A stretch of DNA of 27,851 nucleotides from a phage. The stretch's first letter is position 1, and each line of letters opens with the position of its first letter. Positions 17,302 through 27,851 of the stretch are shown one piece after another. The translations under genes and the position numbers were made by a program. The stretch lies in the sequence record PZ583740.1; one strand, 5' to 3'. The notes under the pieces are model-generated. The model ran no database searches. It was not told where the DNA came from and saw nothing but the letters and a program-made list of their open reading frames with translations.

Positions 17302-19112
17302 TAAGCAATCCTTACCCAGCGATGAGCAATCAAATATGGAGGCATTGTATAAACCGGTTGAGCTTGAGGGTCTTGTGCCTGATTAATGGTGGCTTTATCT
17401 TCTCTGTATTTGGTATAAGCTGGACCTTGTGCATCTGGGTCTACCTGGCAACCGCCGACAACAATCGGACCATTATCATCAACAACTAATACTTTCTCAT
17501 CGGTTTCAAGTTTAGGTACGTTTATATCTTTAATATGAACTTCAACACTACCACCTGTGCCGCCTGCCGTCGCTTGTGGGTTACCACCAGAATCCAGGTC
17601 ATTATTGTTTGTATGGAAGTTTGAGGCAGGGTCGTCCGACCAGGCAACGATTACACGTTCTTTCAAACGTTTCCATGAACCGAATCCCATATAAGTAACC
17701 GGGTTATTCGGGTTAACCGTATTTTCGTAAATTGTACCGACCGGATAGAATAATTCAAAGATAGCGCCAACAGAAGATGGAACAACTTCCTGAAGACCGA
17801 CTGGTTCAACGTTCGGTGCAAACGGATTATCAAAATCTGTAATACGTACACGACCAGTTAAGCTCAATGTATTTCCCTGAGAAACATAAAGAGTGTCAGT
17901 CTCATCACGGATTTCATCCATGGTCATAGTTGTGCCGATATCGTTATTGTACCAAATGACCGACAGAATATCACCGTCTTCAAATTCACGATAAATGCTA
18001 ATACCTTCGATGCGGTTGTCATCATCAAATTGCAGCAAATAATCCTGGGTTGATTCAGACCAACTGCCACCATTTGCGCTACATTCTGCCGCAGTGGAAC
18101 CTTGCGCACCTTCGCAATAAAATACTGGAGTTCCTGCAGTCCCGGCTTGGTGTTGTAAAATACTGTTAATGAATACCTGACATGCATTTGGGTTAATTGG
18201 ACTACCCGGAGAAATACCAAGTTCTTCAATTGTAAAGGTGTGTTTGGTTGTCAAATCCGTAACAATCAAAGAACCATTAATTGTTGTTTCTTTGGTCCTG
18301 TCCTGACTACGAACAAGTACATCACGACGATTATACGAACTACGCCATTGTGCAATGCCATCATTAAATGTTCGGATGATAACCGTATCACCTTCAGCGC
18401 ATGGCATTTTCAGACGGATGCTTTTACCATCAAGCGCAACGATTTCACCAGGGTTTGCACCAGGGGAACCAAATTCAGCATTCACCGGGTCGAAAATATC
18501 ATCTTTACCATAAAACAGGTCGTTACCACGATGTTTGACTTCTAAGTTCGATACGCTATACGGAATAGCACCAAACACATTGATAAAGTCAGTTTGTCCT
18601 TCGGTAGCAATAAACTGTTGGGATGCAACTGTAGCAACGTCGTTATTTGAAATTTTATCGACTTGTTTATTATCGATATATTCCCAACGACCTGGTGAAC
18701 AATATACAAGTTCAAGGTCGGCTAAGTTGCGTTTAATTTCTACTGGATTTGGTGAGCCTTTAATCGTATCCCCGACTGCAGGAACAATTGTCACCGGGTT
18801 GATTTGCCAGGTAGCAAACACATCACGCAATCGAATTACATAATTGTATTCTTGAGTTGTTCCTTTCGGGAGGACGACTCGAACCGCACCGGCTGATGTA
18901 TCGATGGTATAGCTTCGACCCATAACAGCAGACAACTCGGTGCCTTCTTGTGTAGTCCAAGTTTTCCATGCACCAGCCGCATGAGGATTTTCACCATCAC
19001 CCAGCTGATAATAAAGGTCGTCAAAGTTATTGTTTATTTTTTGACCGCCGAGACGAAGGTAATCACCAGTACCATCATCAACCATATTGCCAATTTTTAA
19101 ATTCTGTTTCAT
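17301..19112 (-). CDS. 10: Baseplate wedge protein gp10
   Basis: 603 aa, MKQNLKIGNMVDDGTGDYLR...NPNNPVTYMGFGSWK...NNDLDSGGNP...AHRWVRIA matches T4 gp10. Confidence 0.9.
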   Translation of the reverse strand: MKQNLKIGNMVDDGTGDYLRLGGQKINNNFDDLYYQLGDGENPHAAGAWKTWTTQEGTELSAVMGRSYTIDTSAGAVRVVLPKGTTQEYNYVIRLRDVFATWQINPVTIVPAVGDTIKGSPNPVEIKRNLADLELVYCSPGRWEYIDNKQVDKISNNDVATVASQQFIATEGQTDFINVFGAIPYSVSNLEVKHRGNDLFYGKDDIFDPVNAEFGSPGANPGEIVALDGKSIRLKMPCAEGDTVIIRTFNDGIAQWRSSYNRRDVLVRSQDRTKETTINGSLIVTDLTTKHTFTIEELGISPGSPINPNACQVFINSILQHQAGTAGTPVFYCEGAQGSTAAECSANGGSWSESTQDYLLQFDDDNRIEGISIYREFEDGDILSVIWYNNDIGTTMTMDEIRDETDTLYVSQGNTLSLTGRVRITDFDNPFAPNVEPVGLQEVVPSSVGAIFELFYPVGTIYENTVNPNNPVTYMGFGSWKRLKERVIVAWSDDPASNFHTNNNDLDSGGNPQATAGGTGGSVEVHIKDINVPKLETDEKVLVVDDNGPIVVGGCQVDPDAQGPAYTKYREDKATINQAQDPQAQPVYTMPPYLIAHRWVRIA

Positions 19113-19981
19113 TATACCGGTACTCCGATTGTTTGGGCGGAAATTACTTTAATAGCGAGCTTCATGGCAGTGGGTGAGCTTATAGCCGCCTGAATGATAT
19201 CCTGGTTATCAATTCTAAAATCGATGGCATATATCTCATCTTCTTCATTAGTTTGTCCACGTCTGATTACAGCGTATTCTGTGCTATATACCTTGCGGTC
19301 CTTAAGGTCGATGTAAAGTAATATTTCTGATGCTTTGTATTTAGTTTCGTCTGTTGAAATAGCTGTCAGCATCAATTTGATAGTTTTATAATCTGCGCGG
19401 AAAGCAAGTGGAATATCACGAACAACCGAGCTCATATTGTATGTTTTGTCGAGCAATACAGATTGGTTGCCAAACATACTTTCAATTTTGTAGTCCCAGG
19501 TCCCTACGCCGTTAGCATCGTCAATACACCACAATGTAATTTTTGTATAAGGCTGAGTAAATTTCATTTTGTTCGTTGCAGCAGTCAGGAATGAATCCGT
19601 GCCTTGTAGTTCAACTTCCAGAGGCAACGAGGTGGATAATGAACCATTGGAGTTAATAAAGATAACACCTTCGCCTGCTTTACCTTTTGCAATTCTTGCA
19701 GTGATAACACCTTCGGCAGTATTGACATCTCGCATAGAACCGAGAGCAACAGTCGAGTTCCATTCGATGATATTTGTGGCTTTTTGATAGTAGCCAGTCG
19801 CATGAAGTACCTGGGAGTTTTCTCCATTGTTCACAGAGTACAGACGCTGGTCGCCGAATGTATTATACAAACTGTCTAAATCCACGTTCAGTTTACGACC
19901 GCCTTCATATAGAATATCACCGGTGCTGGCGTTACCAATCTCGCCGATGTCTACTAATAATTTTGGGGTTTGATTAATCAT
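19112..19981 (-). CDS. 9: Baseplate wedge / long-tail-fibre socket protein gp9
   Basis: 289 aa, ...GEIGNASTGDILYEGGRKLN...HATGYYQK matches T4 gp9. Confidence 0.85.
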   Translation of the reverse strand: MINQTPKLLVDIGEIGNASTGDILYEGGRKLNVDLDSLYNTFGDQRLYSVNNGENSQVLHATGYYQKATNIIEWNSTVALGSMRDVNTAEGVITARIAKGKAGEGVIFINSNGSLSTSLPLEVELQGTDSFLTAATNKMKFTQPYTKITLWCIDDANGVGTWDYKIESMFGNQSVLLDKTYNMSSVVRDIPLAFRADYKTIKLMLTAISTDETKYKASEILLYIDLKDRKVYSTEYAVIRRGQTNEEDEIYAIDFRIDNQDIIQAAISSPTAMKLAIKVISAQTIGVPV

Positions 19982-20008
19982 AGGTAAGCCTCGTTATTGA
20001 TATAGCTA

Positions 20009-20016
20009 TATTTATA
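20009..20016 (-). promoter_or_regulatory. T4-type late promoter (TATAAATA on minus strand) for gene 9
   Basis: Reverse complement of 20009-20016 is TATAAATA, 27 nt upstream of the gp9 ATG, with a GAGG RBS between. Confidence 0.55.
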
Positions 20017-20020
20017 GAAT

Positions 20021-20045
20021 AAAAAAGGGACCCGAAGGTCCCTTG
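20021..20045 (-). terminator. Rho-independent terminator immediately after gene 8
   Basis: On minus strand GGGACC-UUCG-GGUCCC followed by U6 (plus-strand A-run 20021-20026); sits just upstream of the gene 9 late promoter. Confidence 0.6.
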
Positions 20046-21050
20046 TTAGAATTCAAAAATAATGTTAACTTCTTCTGTCTGGTCCATTGCACGAATAATC
20101 GGTGGGCGGTTTTCCATATAAATCATTTCCCCGGAATGACGGTCCAAATCAATTGCATCGTAGTATTCTTTGATTGCTTTGATATTTGGGTCATTAGGAT
20201 GTACTTTAACTTCAAGTGGGTTGGATATAATCGACAGCTGGCGGAAGCCTTTGTTCCCTGGAAGACTGAACTCTGGGAAATAAATGGAATCCATAAATGC
20301 TTTAAATCTGATTGTATATCCTTTGATTCTGTATATTAAACCGAAATCATCTTGTTGCCAGCTGATATTGTCTTTGTAACCCCAACGTGATGGGTCTTCT
20401 TCAATTTCTTCAGGCCATGGAACAACAATATATTCGTTAGTACAACGGTTGATGGATACATCAGGTGGAATCTCATACAAATATTCCCAGAGATAACCAT
20501 CGCCCATATCGACTCGTCCTTCTGTATCACCAGTCCCAGCTGGAGCTCTCGTCGAGTTATATTCTGCAGTCCATTTACCACCGAGTTTTAAACACTCTTC
20601 TTTATTGATAATAGAATAAATGGAGCAGGTCCCAACATCAGGAACATCTACACAGCGATAAACCATCCAACCTTTACCAACATCAGTTCGGTTATACGGA
20701 GCACTGTTAGCTACAACAATTTCCCCTACCTGGAAGTTAAGCGGATTGGGATATCTGATATCGCCCCAGTCTTTACGTGGGACAACACAATCAAGCATTG
20801 ACTTATAAACTTTGACTGCACCCATCATATTTGTCCAAGTATCTTCAACACCTTGTGCCGTATCAACCGGATAAGGCGGGGCGAACCCCGGGTCATTCTC
20901 ATTTGATGCCCAGGGTTCAGCACGACCGAATGTTACATACATCGTATTCTGGTCGGGCTCGTTGCCAATCATTTTATAAAAGTTATACATTTTTTCAGTT
21001 CGAAATTTCGAGGTAATTATCGAACGATAAACTACAGATGAATTATTCAT
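20046..21050 (-). CDS. 8: Baseplate wedge protein gp8
   Basis: 334 aa, MNNSSVVYRSIITSKFRTEKM...CTNEYIVVPWPEE...GEMIYMENRPPII matches T4 gp8. Confidence 0.9.
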   Translation of the reverse strand: MNNSSVVYRSIITSKFRTEKMYNFYKMIGNEPDQNTMYVTFGRAEPWASNENDPGFAPPYPVDTAQGVEDTWTNMMGAVKVYKSMLDCVVPRKDWGDIRYPNPLNFQVGEIVVANSAPYNRTDVGKGWMVYRCVDVPDVGTCSIYSIINKEECLKLGGKWTAEYNSTRAPAGTGDTEGRVDMGDGYLWEYLYEIPPDVSINRCTNEYIVVPWPEEIEEDPSRWGYKDNISWQQDDFGLIYRIKGYTIRFKAFMDSIYFPEFSLPGNKGFRQLSIISNPLEVKVHPNDPNIKAIKEYYDAIDLDRHSGEMIYMENRPPIIRAMDQTEEVNIIFEF

Positions 21051-24000
21051 TTACCTTTACCTGTGTGGGGTCTTTCGGGTCGCGTGGATTACCAATATCA
21101 TCCTTAAGACGTTGATTAACCAAATTGCGCCAGTTCGCAAAAGTCACGGCAGACTGGTCAAACAATGGACTGTATTTTTTACGACGTTCAGACGGGAGAG
21201 TCCCATGAAAATCTGAAAAATCGTTTTCGGCGTCATAATCTGCTGGTAATGGGAACGGTAAACCTGCGTTAGGAGCAATATTATATACTGCTTCGCCTGT
21301 AACAGCATTATGCTCAATGTTTCCATCGGCTCCAATAACTGCGATACGGTCACACCATTCTGACGGAATACCCGACGACCAACGATAGTTGTTCAGTTTA
21401 TTGATAATGGTTTCTGTGTGTTTTAATGACAGACCAGCATTAACAAACATTGTCAATAATGTAATTCCAACGAATCCAAATCCAACCGGATGAACAAATC
21501 GCAATACGTCATTACGATAACGAGATGTCGGGAGACTTGATTTAATGGTCATTACATAGTAAGAACGATTTCGGTTGATATAATCGATGTTATTGCTAAG
21601 TAATTCTTTCCCGCGAACGCCCTGAACAATCATGCCTTCAAAGGAAGTCCTTTCGGATTTAATTTCTTGCCCAACAATAAAGCGACCAAGCAAGTTATGA
21701 ATCGTGATACGCCATCTCAATTTACCCTGTTTGTAGTCACGCTCCATATAGGTAACGTTACTGCGGCCAGTTGATGTGTAAATTGTTTGCCCAACAATAT
21801 CTTCGCTGATATTATCGGATTCGACGATTATGTCATACTCGGTTCCGTTCTTGGATTCAATATCGATTTCAACGTCTTCATTATATAACAATTTGAACAA
21901 AAATTTATAGGATGCTTCAGTCCCCTTAGTTGCCCAAAAATCAGACTGTCTTGCTTCAAAGAAACGAACTACTTCGTCGCGCTTGGTCTTTGACAAATAT
22001 ATGTTTCTTTTGTACATTTCGCTCCAAAGGTATTCCCATGCATCTTCCTCGCGCGGGTACTGGTTGCGAATTAAGTTCAAAAGGTTGTTATAATATGTAC
22101 CAGAGCCATCACTGATAAACTGCAAATAATATTCACAGAATTTTTCGAAGTTGCTATCCTGGAGCAAATAACTATCCGGAACCATCTTTGTTAAAAGAGG
22201 ACGCAAGTCCGGGTCTTTCTCTTGTTCATCATTATCCGGGGTCCATGGAATATCATGTTCCTGGTTCTGTAATTCTGCAGTGAACATAACTTCTTTCGGT
22301 TTCCAGATTAATCTAACTTCATCACGCATACGATAGTCGAATTCAAAATAACCAATAAGCTCACCAGTATTTTTATGTAACATAATACCCGAGGCATATT
22401 TTTTAAAGCCATTGAATTCGATGTTAGGAGAAGTAACTTTCACTTGACCTTTATTCCAGTATTCGTGCACAATACGTTCAGGGGATGAACCACCAAAGGT
22501 ATCGATAATCTTTTGATACAGCATGTCATTATATACAACCAGAGCTCTGTCTGATGTGGTAATCCAACAACGAGTATCATCACGGCGAGACCAGTTAAAG
22601 AACGGTTCAGCGTAATATGACATACGTCCAGGTTTAAACTCTTCCCAACCTGAATCTTTATTCGACCTAAAACTCATCATCAAATAATGCTTGTCATGTA
22701 TCCATTGTTCATCATACACATATTTGACTGCTTCGTTAACTTCTTCAGGATACTTAGCAGGGAGTTCGGTATCTGGCTCAACGGAATAACGGAAGTTACT
22801 TGAACTGATAAAAAGTTCAATTCCATCAGTTGACATGCTTGTGTAACCATGTTCAATACGGCGACGTTCATCCTCTGTATTACCAAAAACTCGTGTCCAT
22901 GTATCGGTATCGGTATTTAATTTATAAACGCCCTTTGATAATGAATCGACAACGTTTTCAGGCTTAGTCGGGTCTTGGCGTTCTTCCTTTACTTCACCCG
23001 TGATTAATGCAAACACTTCACCGTCAATTGAATCCATCTTGTAACAAACAGCTTTTGGGTTGCCGCTTATTGTGCTATATCCAGCTTCAAATAATTTTTC
23101 ACCGAATGTTGGAGAGTTAGGGTCATTATCAATTGGAGCATCAGAAGATTTAGCTTTGTATACACGGTCGCGGCCAGCAACGTAAATCATGGAATCGGTC
23201 GTAGTAATTGCTTCGGCAATTGTTGAGATATACGCCGGAAGTCTTGCGTATGTGCCAAATATTTCAATATCAAATCCGAGATTGATATCTGAACCAATTT
23301 TTGCAAATGTTATATCCTGAGAACTGAATCGAACATCATCAGCAGACCATCTTATGTCACTTGATTTACGACCGTAAAAAATTCGGTCATATCCGAGTAC
23401 ATAAGTTGTCGTATCTGATTGATAATAAATTGTGCGCGATACTGGGTTACCGATACGGTCATTAAACAATTTTACATAATACCAGTTCTGCCCTTTATCA
23501 TTGGAGACTTTGACAGTTGTCTGGAATCGTTCAAACAAATACAGTACACCACCGAGTTCAGCAATCATCGTACGATTAACATCGTTACATACTGGCTGAA
23601 TACTACCCTGAATTTCGTGATATTGGTCTTCTTTTAATACATAGTTTGAAATTGAAGACAAATGAGAATAGGCAGGAGTAAAGCTAAAATCTTCAGACAT
23701 CAGCGATGCCATAATTGCATCATTATTAAAGTTGATATAAGCCTGGTTATTGTTTGTGAATTTTTCTTCGATGAATTTATTTGTTAATGTAAACTCACGC
23801 ATGTGTTCAAATGTGTATGCGTTAGTTGCAAAGGTTTCAAATTCTTCGGTATAAACCCAATCAGATTGTTCAAAACCCATTGCTGCAACAGCAACACGCA
23901 TTTTGTAAAATGATACTGGACGAATAAAATCTTGTTCGAACCATTCATTGTCTGGAGTATAACCTAAATTCCTCCATAACAGATTTTCTTCTGGAATAGC

Positions 24001-24141
24001 AACACCATTTTCTTTTGTCGGAGCAATCTCAACAAAATAATAAAAGTTGGCGCCAACATTATCCCATTTTATGCTAACCTGGTTAGCAGATAGTTTATCA
24101 ATCCGTAAGCTGGTTACATAAGGGGCTTTAACACTCATCAT
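21043..24141 (-). CDS. 7: Baseplate wedge initiator gp7
   Basis: About 1032 aa from MMSVKAPYVTSLRIDKLSANQ... with AAGGAAA RBS; long matches to T4 gp7 (DVRFSSQDITFAK, YYAEPFFNWS, RNLIRNQYPREE). Track ORF extends upstream to a non-ATG start. Confidence 0.9.
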   Translation of the reverse strand: MMSVKAPYVTSLRIDKLSANQVSIKWDNVGANFYYFVEIAPTKENGVAIPEENLLWRNLGYTPDNEWFEQDFIRPVSFYKMRVAVAAMGFEQSDWVYTEEFETFATNAYTFEHMREFTLTNKFIEEKFTNNNQAYINFNNDAIMASLMSEDFSFTPAYSHLSSISNYVLKEDQYHEIQGSIQPVCNDVNRTMIAELGGVLYLFERFQTTVKVSNDKGQNWYYVKLFNDRIGNPVSRTIYYQSDTTTYVLGYDRIFYGRKSSDIRWSADDVRFSSQDITFAKIGSDINLGFDIEIFGTYARLPAYISTIAEAITTTDSMIYVAGRDRVYKAKSSDAPIDNDPNSPTFGEKLFEAGYSTISGNPKAVCYKMDSIDGEVFALITGEVKEERQDPTKPENVVDSLSKGVYKLNTDTDTWTRVFGNTEDERRRIEHGYTSMSTDGIELFISSSNFRYSVEPDTELPAKYPEEVNEAVKYVYDEQWIHDKHYLMMSFRSNKDSGWEEFKPGRMSYYAEPFFNWSRRDDTRCWITTSDRALVVYNDMLYQKIIDTFGGSSPERIVHEYWNKGQVKVTSPNIEFNGFKKYASGIMLHKNTGELIGYFEFDYRMRDEVRLIWKPKEVMFTAELQNQEHDIPWTPDNDEQEKDPDLRPLLTKMVPDSYLLQDSNFEKFCEYYLQFISDGSGTYYNNLLNLIRNQYPREEDAWEYLWSEMYKRNIYLSKTKRDEVVRFFEARQSDFWATKGTEASYKFLFKLLYNEDVEIDIESKNGTEYDIIVESDNISEDIVGQTIYTSTGRSNVTYMERDYKQGKLRWRITIHNLLGRFIVGQEIKSERTSFEGMIVQGVRGKELLSNNIDYINRNRSYYVMTIKSSLPTSRYRNDVLRFVHPVGFGFVGITLLTMFVNAGLSLKHTETIINKLNNYRWSSGIPSEWCDRIAVIGADGNIEHNAVTGEAVYNIAPNAGLPFPLPADYDAENDFSDFHGTLPSERRKKYSPLFDQSAVTFANWRNLVNQRLKDDIGNPRDPKDPTQVKVNE

Positions 24142-24169
24142 GGTTTCCTTAAAAAGCCTCCGAAGAGGC

Positions 24170-26116
24170 TTATAGTGTAATTGGTTCAAGGTCAATCTTT
24201 GTATATTGAGGACGAAGGCCATTCTCAAATACAATCAGTGAACCATCTTGCGTGTATATATTATCTTGGTTAGGACTTGCATAAAGTTCGATTGATTGAA
24301 CTTCAAAGCGCTCGGAGGTCAATCCAATCGCGGCGATATCCCAAAAAATATAATCAGAGTAATAGTCAATTTCGCCAATTGCGTAATAAACTGTTTGGTC
24401 AGCCGGAGCTTCCATTTTATTAAAGTCATCTTGTAGGTAAGGCTGAATGTTTACGTTTTCAATAACATCGCCTGGACGGAATGGACCAATTACCATTTTA
24501 CCATCACCACGAGAATCTTTATCAGTTGCAACAATGCGAACGTTATAGGCTTCACCCGTGGTCGGAACAAATTCAAATTCACTTGATTCGACTGAACGGT
24601 TGCCATACTGGTTATAGTATTTAATGCCGGATTCTGGAGTCTTAAAGAAGTTCAGGACTTCACGCACCATCGAAATGGTTGCAGATGAACCAAGAATACT
24701 ATGGTCAGTATTATCCACATACGTAAGCATTTTTGACTTAGCAAAACTTCTGTTAAAGATTTCAACTTCATCGATATAATAACGGTCAATCTGATTAATG
24801 ATTTGTGCTTGCAACCATTGTTCAGATTCTTGTAATTTGTTCAGCGCATAAGATACTTTGATATTATGTTTAAGAAACAAATAATCCGGAGAAATTACCG
24901 AGGGTGTAATTGTTGATACGTTGAACTCACTAAGATAGTTCTGGATGTCCTCACGCTGCACTGCAGTGAGATACAAGCCCGATTTAGGCTTAACTGATAT
25001 AAACGCATACCCAGGCTTATTTGCGTCTGTAAACGTCTGTACGGCTTGCACGATTGAACCAAATCTTTCAGATACGAAGGTATCATAATCTGTTCCGGTG
25101 ACAGCACGCATCTGCGCTTCACGTTTAACAACAGCCAGTTCACGGATACGTTCGATATCTTCTGGGTCACCGCCGCCATCGGCACCGACATAATCAGGGT
25201 CGTTGTTGTAGTTTTCAGTAATTTTATCCACTGTGATATAAGACAAAGTATCGGCATAACTGAAATCAACAGCACCGTTTGCATCTGCCCCTGAGGTGCG
25301 AAGATATTCAATAACAATTGTCGAATCTTGCACAGGTTTGAGACCGCCAATATAGTTGGCTTCCATAACGCCGCCGGCTACGGATTTGGTGGATTCACCT
25401 TCACCGAAGAAAAATTCAGTATAGTCATCGATTGTTTCACGCATATAAAATATGGTGGAAGTCGAACCAGCATGGACCATTGATTTGTTCGTCCAGTCAA
25501 CCCACTCAACACCGTTCACATATAACTTAACTTCTTTGCGGTCGATATCCGGGTCGCGAATAAGAATAGGTTGTTTCGGGTCATATAAAAGTTCTGTACG
25601 AATAATACGACCCTGGGCTAGAGATACAATCGGAAGGTATTGGTTGTTAATATCTTTAACCGCAATAACGTTTTCCGTGGTAACAAAAACATAAGGGTCA
25701 GCTGATGTATCACGAGCATAGGCCAGGAATTTAGTTCCTCGTGGGATTTCGATATTCGATGGTTGCAGAGCATGAGAACATGTCAGCATAACCGAAGTCT
25801 TTGCGGCCGAACGTGAAGATGGAAGATATCCATTATCCTGTGCCGCCTGAACAACCGAAGACCTTAAGTTTGCAGTTCCGATAAATGATTCGTAAACTGC
25901 CGTGTTAGCAAACTGTTGCATATACAATGTATTGTATGCAAGCATATCAATCAGGATATTCATTCGCGAACCGACGAAATCATAATCCTTAAATTCATCC
26001 TGGCTTGATAACCAGTCGATGATGTTCTTTTTAATTTCTTCAAACGTAGCTCCCACAAATACTTTTGGGATAGCGTTAACGGTTCTTGTTAATTGGTAAT
26101 TCGTAGGAGTAGCCAT
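24170..26116 (-). CDS. 6: Baseplate wedge protein gp6
   Basis: 648 aa, [22 protein letters not shown]...GADGGGDPEDIERIRELA...SLIVFENGLRPQY matches T4 gp6. Confidence 0.9.
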   Translation of the reverse strand: MATPTNYQLTRTVNAIPKVFVGATFEEIKKNIIDWLSSQDEFKDYDFVGSRMNILIDMLAYNTLYMQQFANTAVYESFIGTANLRSSVVQAAQDNGYLPSSRSAAKTSVMLTCSHALQPSNIEIPRGTKFLAYARDTSADPYVFVTTENVIAVKDINNQYLPIVSLAQGRIIRTELLYDPKQPILIRDPDIDRKEVKLYVNGVEWVDWTNKSMVHAGSTSTIFYMRETIDDYTEFFFGEGESTKSVAGGVMEANYIGGLKPVQDSTIVIEYLRTSGADANGAVDFSYADTLSYITVDKITENYNNDPDYVGADGGGDPEDIERIRELAVVKREAQMRAVTGTDYDTFVSERFGSIVQAVQTFTDANKPGYAFISVKPKSGLYLTAVQREDIQNYLSEFNVSTITPSVISPDYLFLKHNIKVSYALNKLQESEQWLQAQIINQIDRYYIDEVEIFNRSFAKSKMLTYVDNTDHSILGSSATISMVREVLNFFKTPESGIKYYNQYGNRSVESSEFEFVPTTGEAYNVRIVATDKDSRGDGKMVIGPFRPGDVIENVNIQPYLQDDFNKMEAPADQTVYYAIGEIDYYSDYIFWDIAAIGLTSERFEVQSIELYASPNQDNIYTQDGSLIVFENGLRPQYTKIDLEPITL

Positions 26117-26793
26117 TATTCTGAATCCTGTTTAAATTGTTTTATCATTTTGTCATAAGCCGTATTTGGAAATCCGTTTTCAATGGCCAATCGTGTCATT
26201 TTTCTCCAACCTGGCTTATCATTTTCTTTCCATAATTTGAATAAAATATCATATGATTGCCAAATGGGGTGTTTTCTATTATTAAGTTTGCATAGGTCAA
26301 TAACAGATTGAGGTCTTGGTCTTTTATATAAAGGATGCTCTTCTCCTCTAACAAAAACCCTCGGTTTTGGAGGTAGCTTAGGTTTTCTCCTTTTGGCCAT
26401 AGCTTTTTCAAAATTTTCAATATGTTCTTTACTTCTAGGTGGCTTTGGCCTACCCTTCATTTTGTCTGATGTTTGCTTTTTTGAAGATTCCTTATGCTTT
26501 CTTCCTCGCATACTTCCTTTGCCACCCAAATCTATATTATAATATCTATCATCATAAATTATAGATTCGTCTACTAAAAATTCTTCGTAGTCGTAAGCTT
26601 CATCTTCAGTATCAAAAAATTTTATTATTTTTGTCTCAAACGAATCCTTTCCATATTTTTTATAAGCCTTTTTGATAAGCTCCCCTGTGCCGTAATATCC
26701 ATCAAACATATCGTCAGTAGAATGTTTGCCTATATACTTTTTACCATTTTCTAGGTTTGTAGTTACATATACAAAATTAAATTCTTTGTTCAT
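26116..26793 (-). CDS. GIY-YIG homing endonuclease (Seg-like)
   Basis: 225 aa; N-terminal [18 protein letters not shown] (GIY-YIG), basic NUMOD-like central region; start overlaps gp5.4 stop, stop overlaps gp6 start. Confidence 0.75.
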   Translation of the reverse strand: MNKEFNFVYVTTNLENGKKYIGKHSTDDMFDGYYGTGELIKKAYKKYGKDSFETKIIKFFDTEDEAYDYEEFLVDESIIYDDRYYNIDLGGKGSMRGRKHKESSKKQTSDKMKGRPKPPRSKEHIENFEKAMAKRRKPKLPPKPRVFVRGEEHPLYKRPRPQSVIDLCKLNNRKHPIWQSYDILFKLWKENDKPGWRKMTRLAIENGFPNTAYDKMIKQFKQDSE

Positions 26794-27083
26794 TTTATGA
26801 ACACCTTCCCTGAAGCTTGTGCGACAGTATCACCACATGAAATCGGGTCTGCCATTTGAACAGCTTTCTTACCGGTAACAAATACTTTTGATGTGCGCGG
26901 TTGTGTTACTCCACCGTGAGTTTCATATGGTTTTTTAATTTCGGTATGCTCGGTAATAGGGTCTCCGGCAACTAACACCGGAATTCCCCCGGTGAATACT
27001 TTACCTTGAGTTGCATTAATTACAGTCGGTGGCCATGCTTCGTGGCCTGCTGTAACACATTGATTGAAACTTAATCCAGCCAT
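26790..27083 (-). CDS. 5.4: Baseplate spike tip protein gp5.4 (PAAR-like)
   Basis: 97 aa, same length and position as T4 gp5.4. Confidence 0.65.
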   Translation of the reverse strand: MAGLSFNQCVTAGHEAWPPTVINATQGKVFTGGIPVLVAGDPITEHTEIKKPYETHGGVTQPRTSKVFVTGKKAVQMADPISCGDTVAQASGKVFIK

Positions 27084-27604
27084 TAATCCCTCGTGTATAC
27101 GTATGAACGCAGTTTATCTGCCCATCTTGACCAGTTACCAACGATAGTTTTTGTGTAAACTTTTGTCATTGTCTTTCTTACTGGAGCAGGAGGTGGGTCG
27201 GTCTCATTACCTGCACGGCTATTACTGCCACCAGAGCTCCCTGTGTCTCCGCCAGAGCTCTCTTCTTGAAAGTCATAGGTTAGGGTTACCGTGTATGAAA
27301 AGACCTTCTGGAGGCTCGCTGGGGCCCTCCAGAGATACAATTGAGTACTCTTATCGGTAGGAAGGTCTTCCCATGAACCGGCAGTTTTGAATTCATCGTT
27401 AAGTCGGTATTTAAGCGCATCATCTGCAAATCCGAACACGGATTCATAAACACCATAAAGATGATTACCCTCAACATTAACGCCAGGGGTGGCCTCATAT
27501 TCAGTTATATTTATTTCGACTAATGTTTCGTTTGTTTCTAATTGAGCTGTAAACGTAACATCGATTGAGGCTCCTTCCATGGAGTCTCCTAGGTCAGTGC
27601 TCAT
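27083..27604 (-). CDS. 5.1: gp5.1-like protein
   Basis: About 173 aa from ATG at 27602-27604 ([11 protein letters not shown]...); position directly downstream of gene 5 as in T4. Track ORF starts further upstream inside the gene 5 3' end. Confidence 0.55.
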   Translation of the reverse strand: MSTDLGDSMEGASIDVTFTAQLETNETLVEINITEYEATPGVNVEGNHLYGVYESVFGFADDALKYRLNDEFKTAGSWEDLPTDKSTQLYLWRAPASLQKVFSYTVTLTYDFQEESSGGDTGSSGGSNSRAGNETDPPPAPVRKTMTKVYTKTIVGNWSRWADKLRSYVYTRD

Positions 27605-27614
27605 TGGAAGTATA

Positions 27615-27851
27615 TTAGCCAATGTCAATCCTCGAACCATCAATAGTATATTGACCAGATGCAATAGAACTCATTGTTGACATTGTTTCGGACCAATTGC
27701 CAGCCACGGTCATATCAACGTTTCCATTAACGGACCATTTGACATTACCATTTACCGTATAATCATGGTTACCTTCGACAAGAGTTTTTGCGTCACCTTT
27801 AACAGTTATTTCAGCATTACCTTCGACCAGAATACTTACATTACCTTTGAC
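27615..27851 (-). CDS. 5: Baseplate hub / tail lysozyme gp5, C-terminal beta-helix part only (gene start lies beyond window end)
   Basis: Reverse-strand translation VKGNVSILVEGNAEITVKGDAKTLVEGNHDYTVNGNVKWSVNGNVDMTVAGNWSETMSTMSSIASGQYTIDGSRIDIG-stop shows the VxGxxxxx repeat of the gp5 needle; stop at 27615-27617. Confidence 0.8.
   Translation of the reverse strand, partial: VKGNVSILVEGNAEITVKGDAKTLVEGNHDYTVNGNVKWSVNGNVDMTVAGNWSETMSTMSSIASGQYTIDGSRIDIG

Noticed and set aside
21043-24234. N-terminal extension of gp7 (MYLRMAFVLNIQRL...) and of gp53 (MIYLFINGGF...) given by the ORF track
   Set aside because: The extensions start at non-ATG codons, lack an RBS, and the conserved protein begins at the internal ATG, which has a good Shine-Dalgarno.

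Overview
This window reads as a late-gene region of a T4-like (T-even) myovirus; all homology calls are from memory of T4 proteins and the supplied ORF track, with no database search run. Minus strand carries baseplate genes (5', 53, then 5.1, 5.4, 6, 7, 8, 9, 10, 11) and head genes (20, 67, 68, 21, 22, 23, 24); plus strand carries 4, 2, 3, 1, 57A, 57B, five small internal-protein-like ORFs, a small membrane ORF and rnlB. Four free-standing homing-endonuclease-like genes are interspersed (one HNH, two N-terminal GIY-YIG, one Cys-rich ORF with a GIY-YIG-like C-terminal half). The most interesting locus is the tandem array of five capsid-targeted internal-protein paralogs (5838-7292), candidates for injected anti-defence effectors. 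Gene order departs from T4 at three places: the ip array runs straight into the rnlB region, gene 11 is followed 37 nt later by a 5'-truncated gene 19 with genes 12-18 absent, and both window ends lie inside gene 5. These may be real deletions or assembly/construction artefacts. T4-type late promoters (TATAAATA) sit 25-29 nt upstream of genes 4, 24, 22, 20 and 9, and three hairpin terminators are visible.
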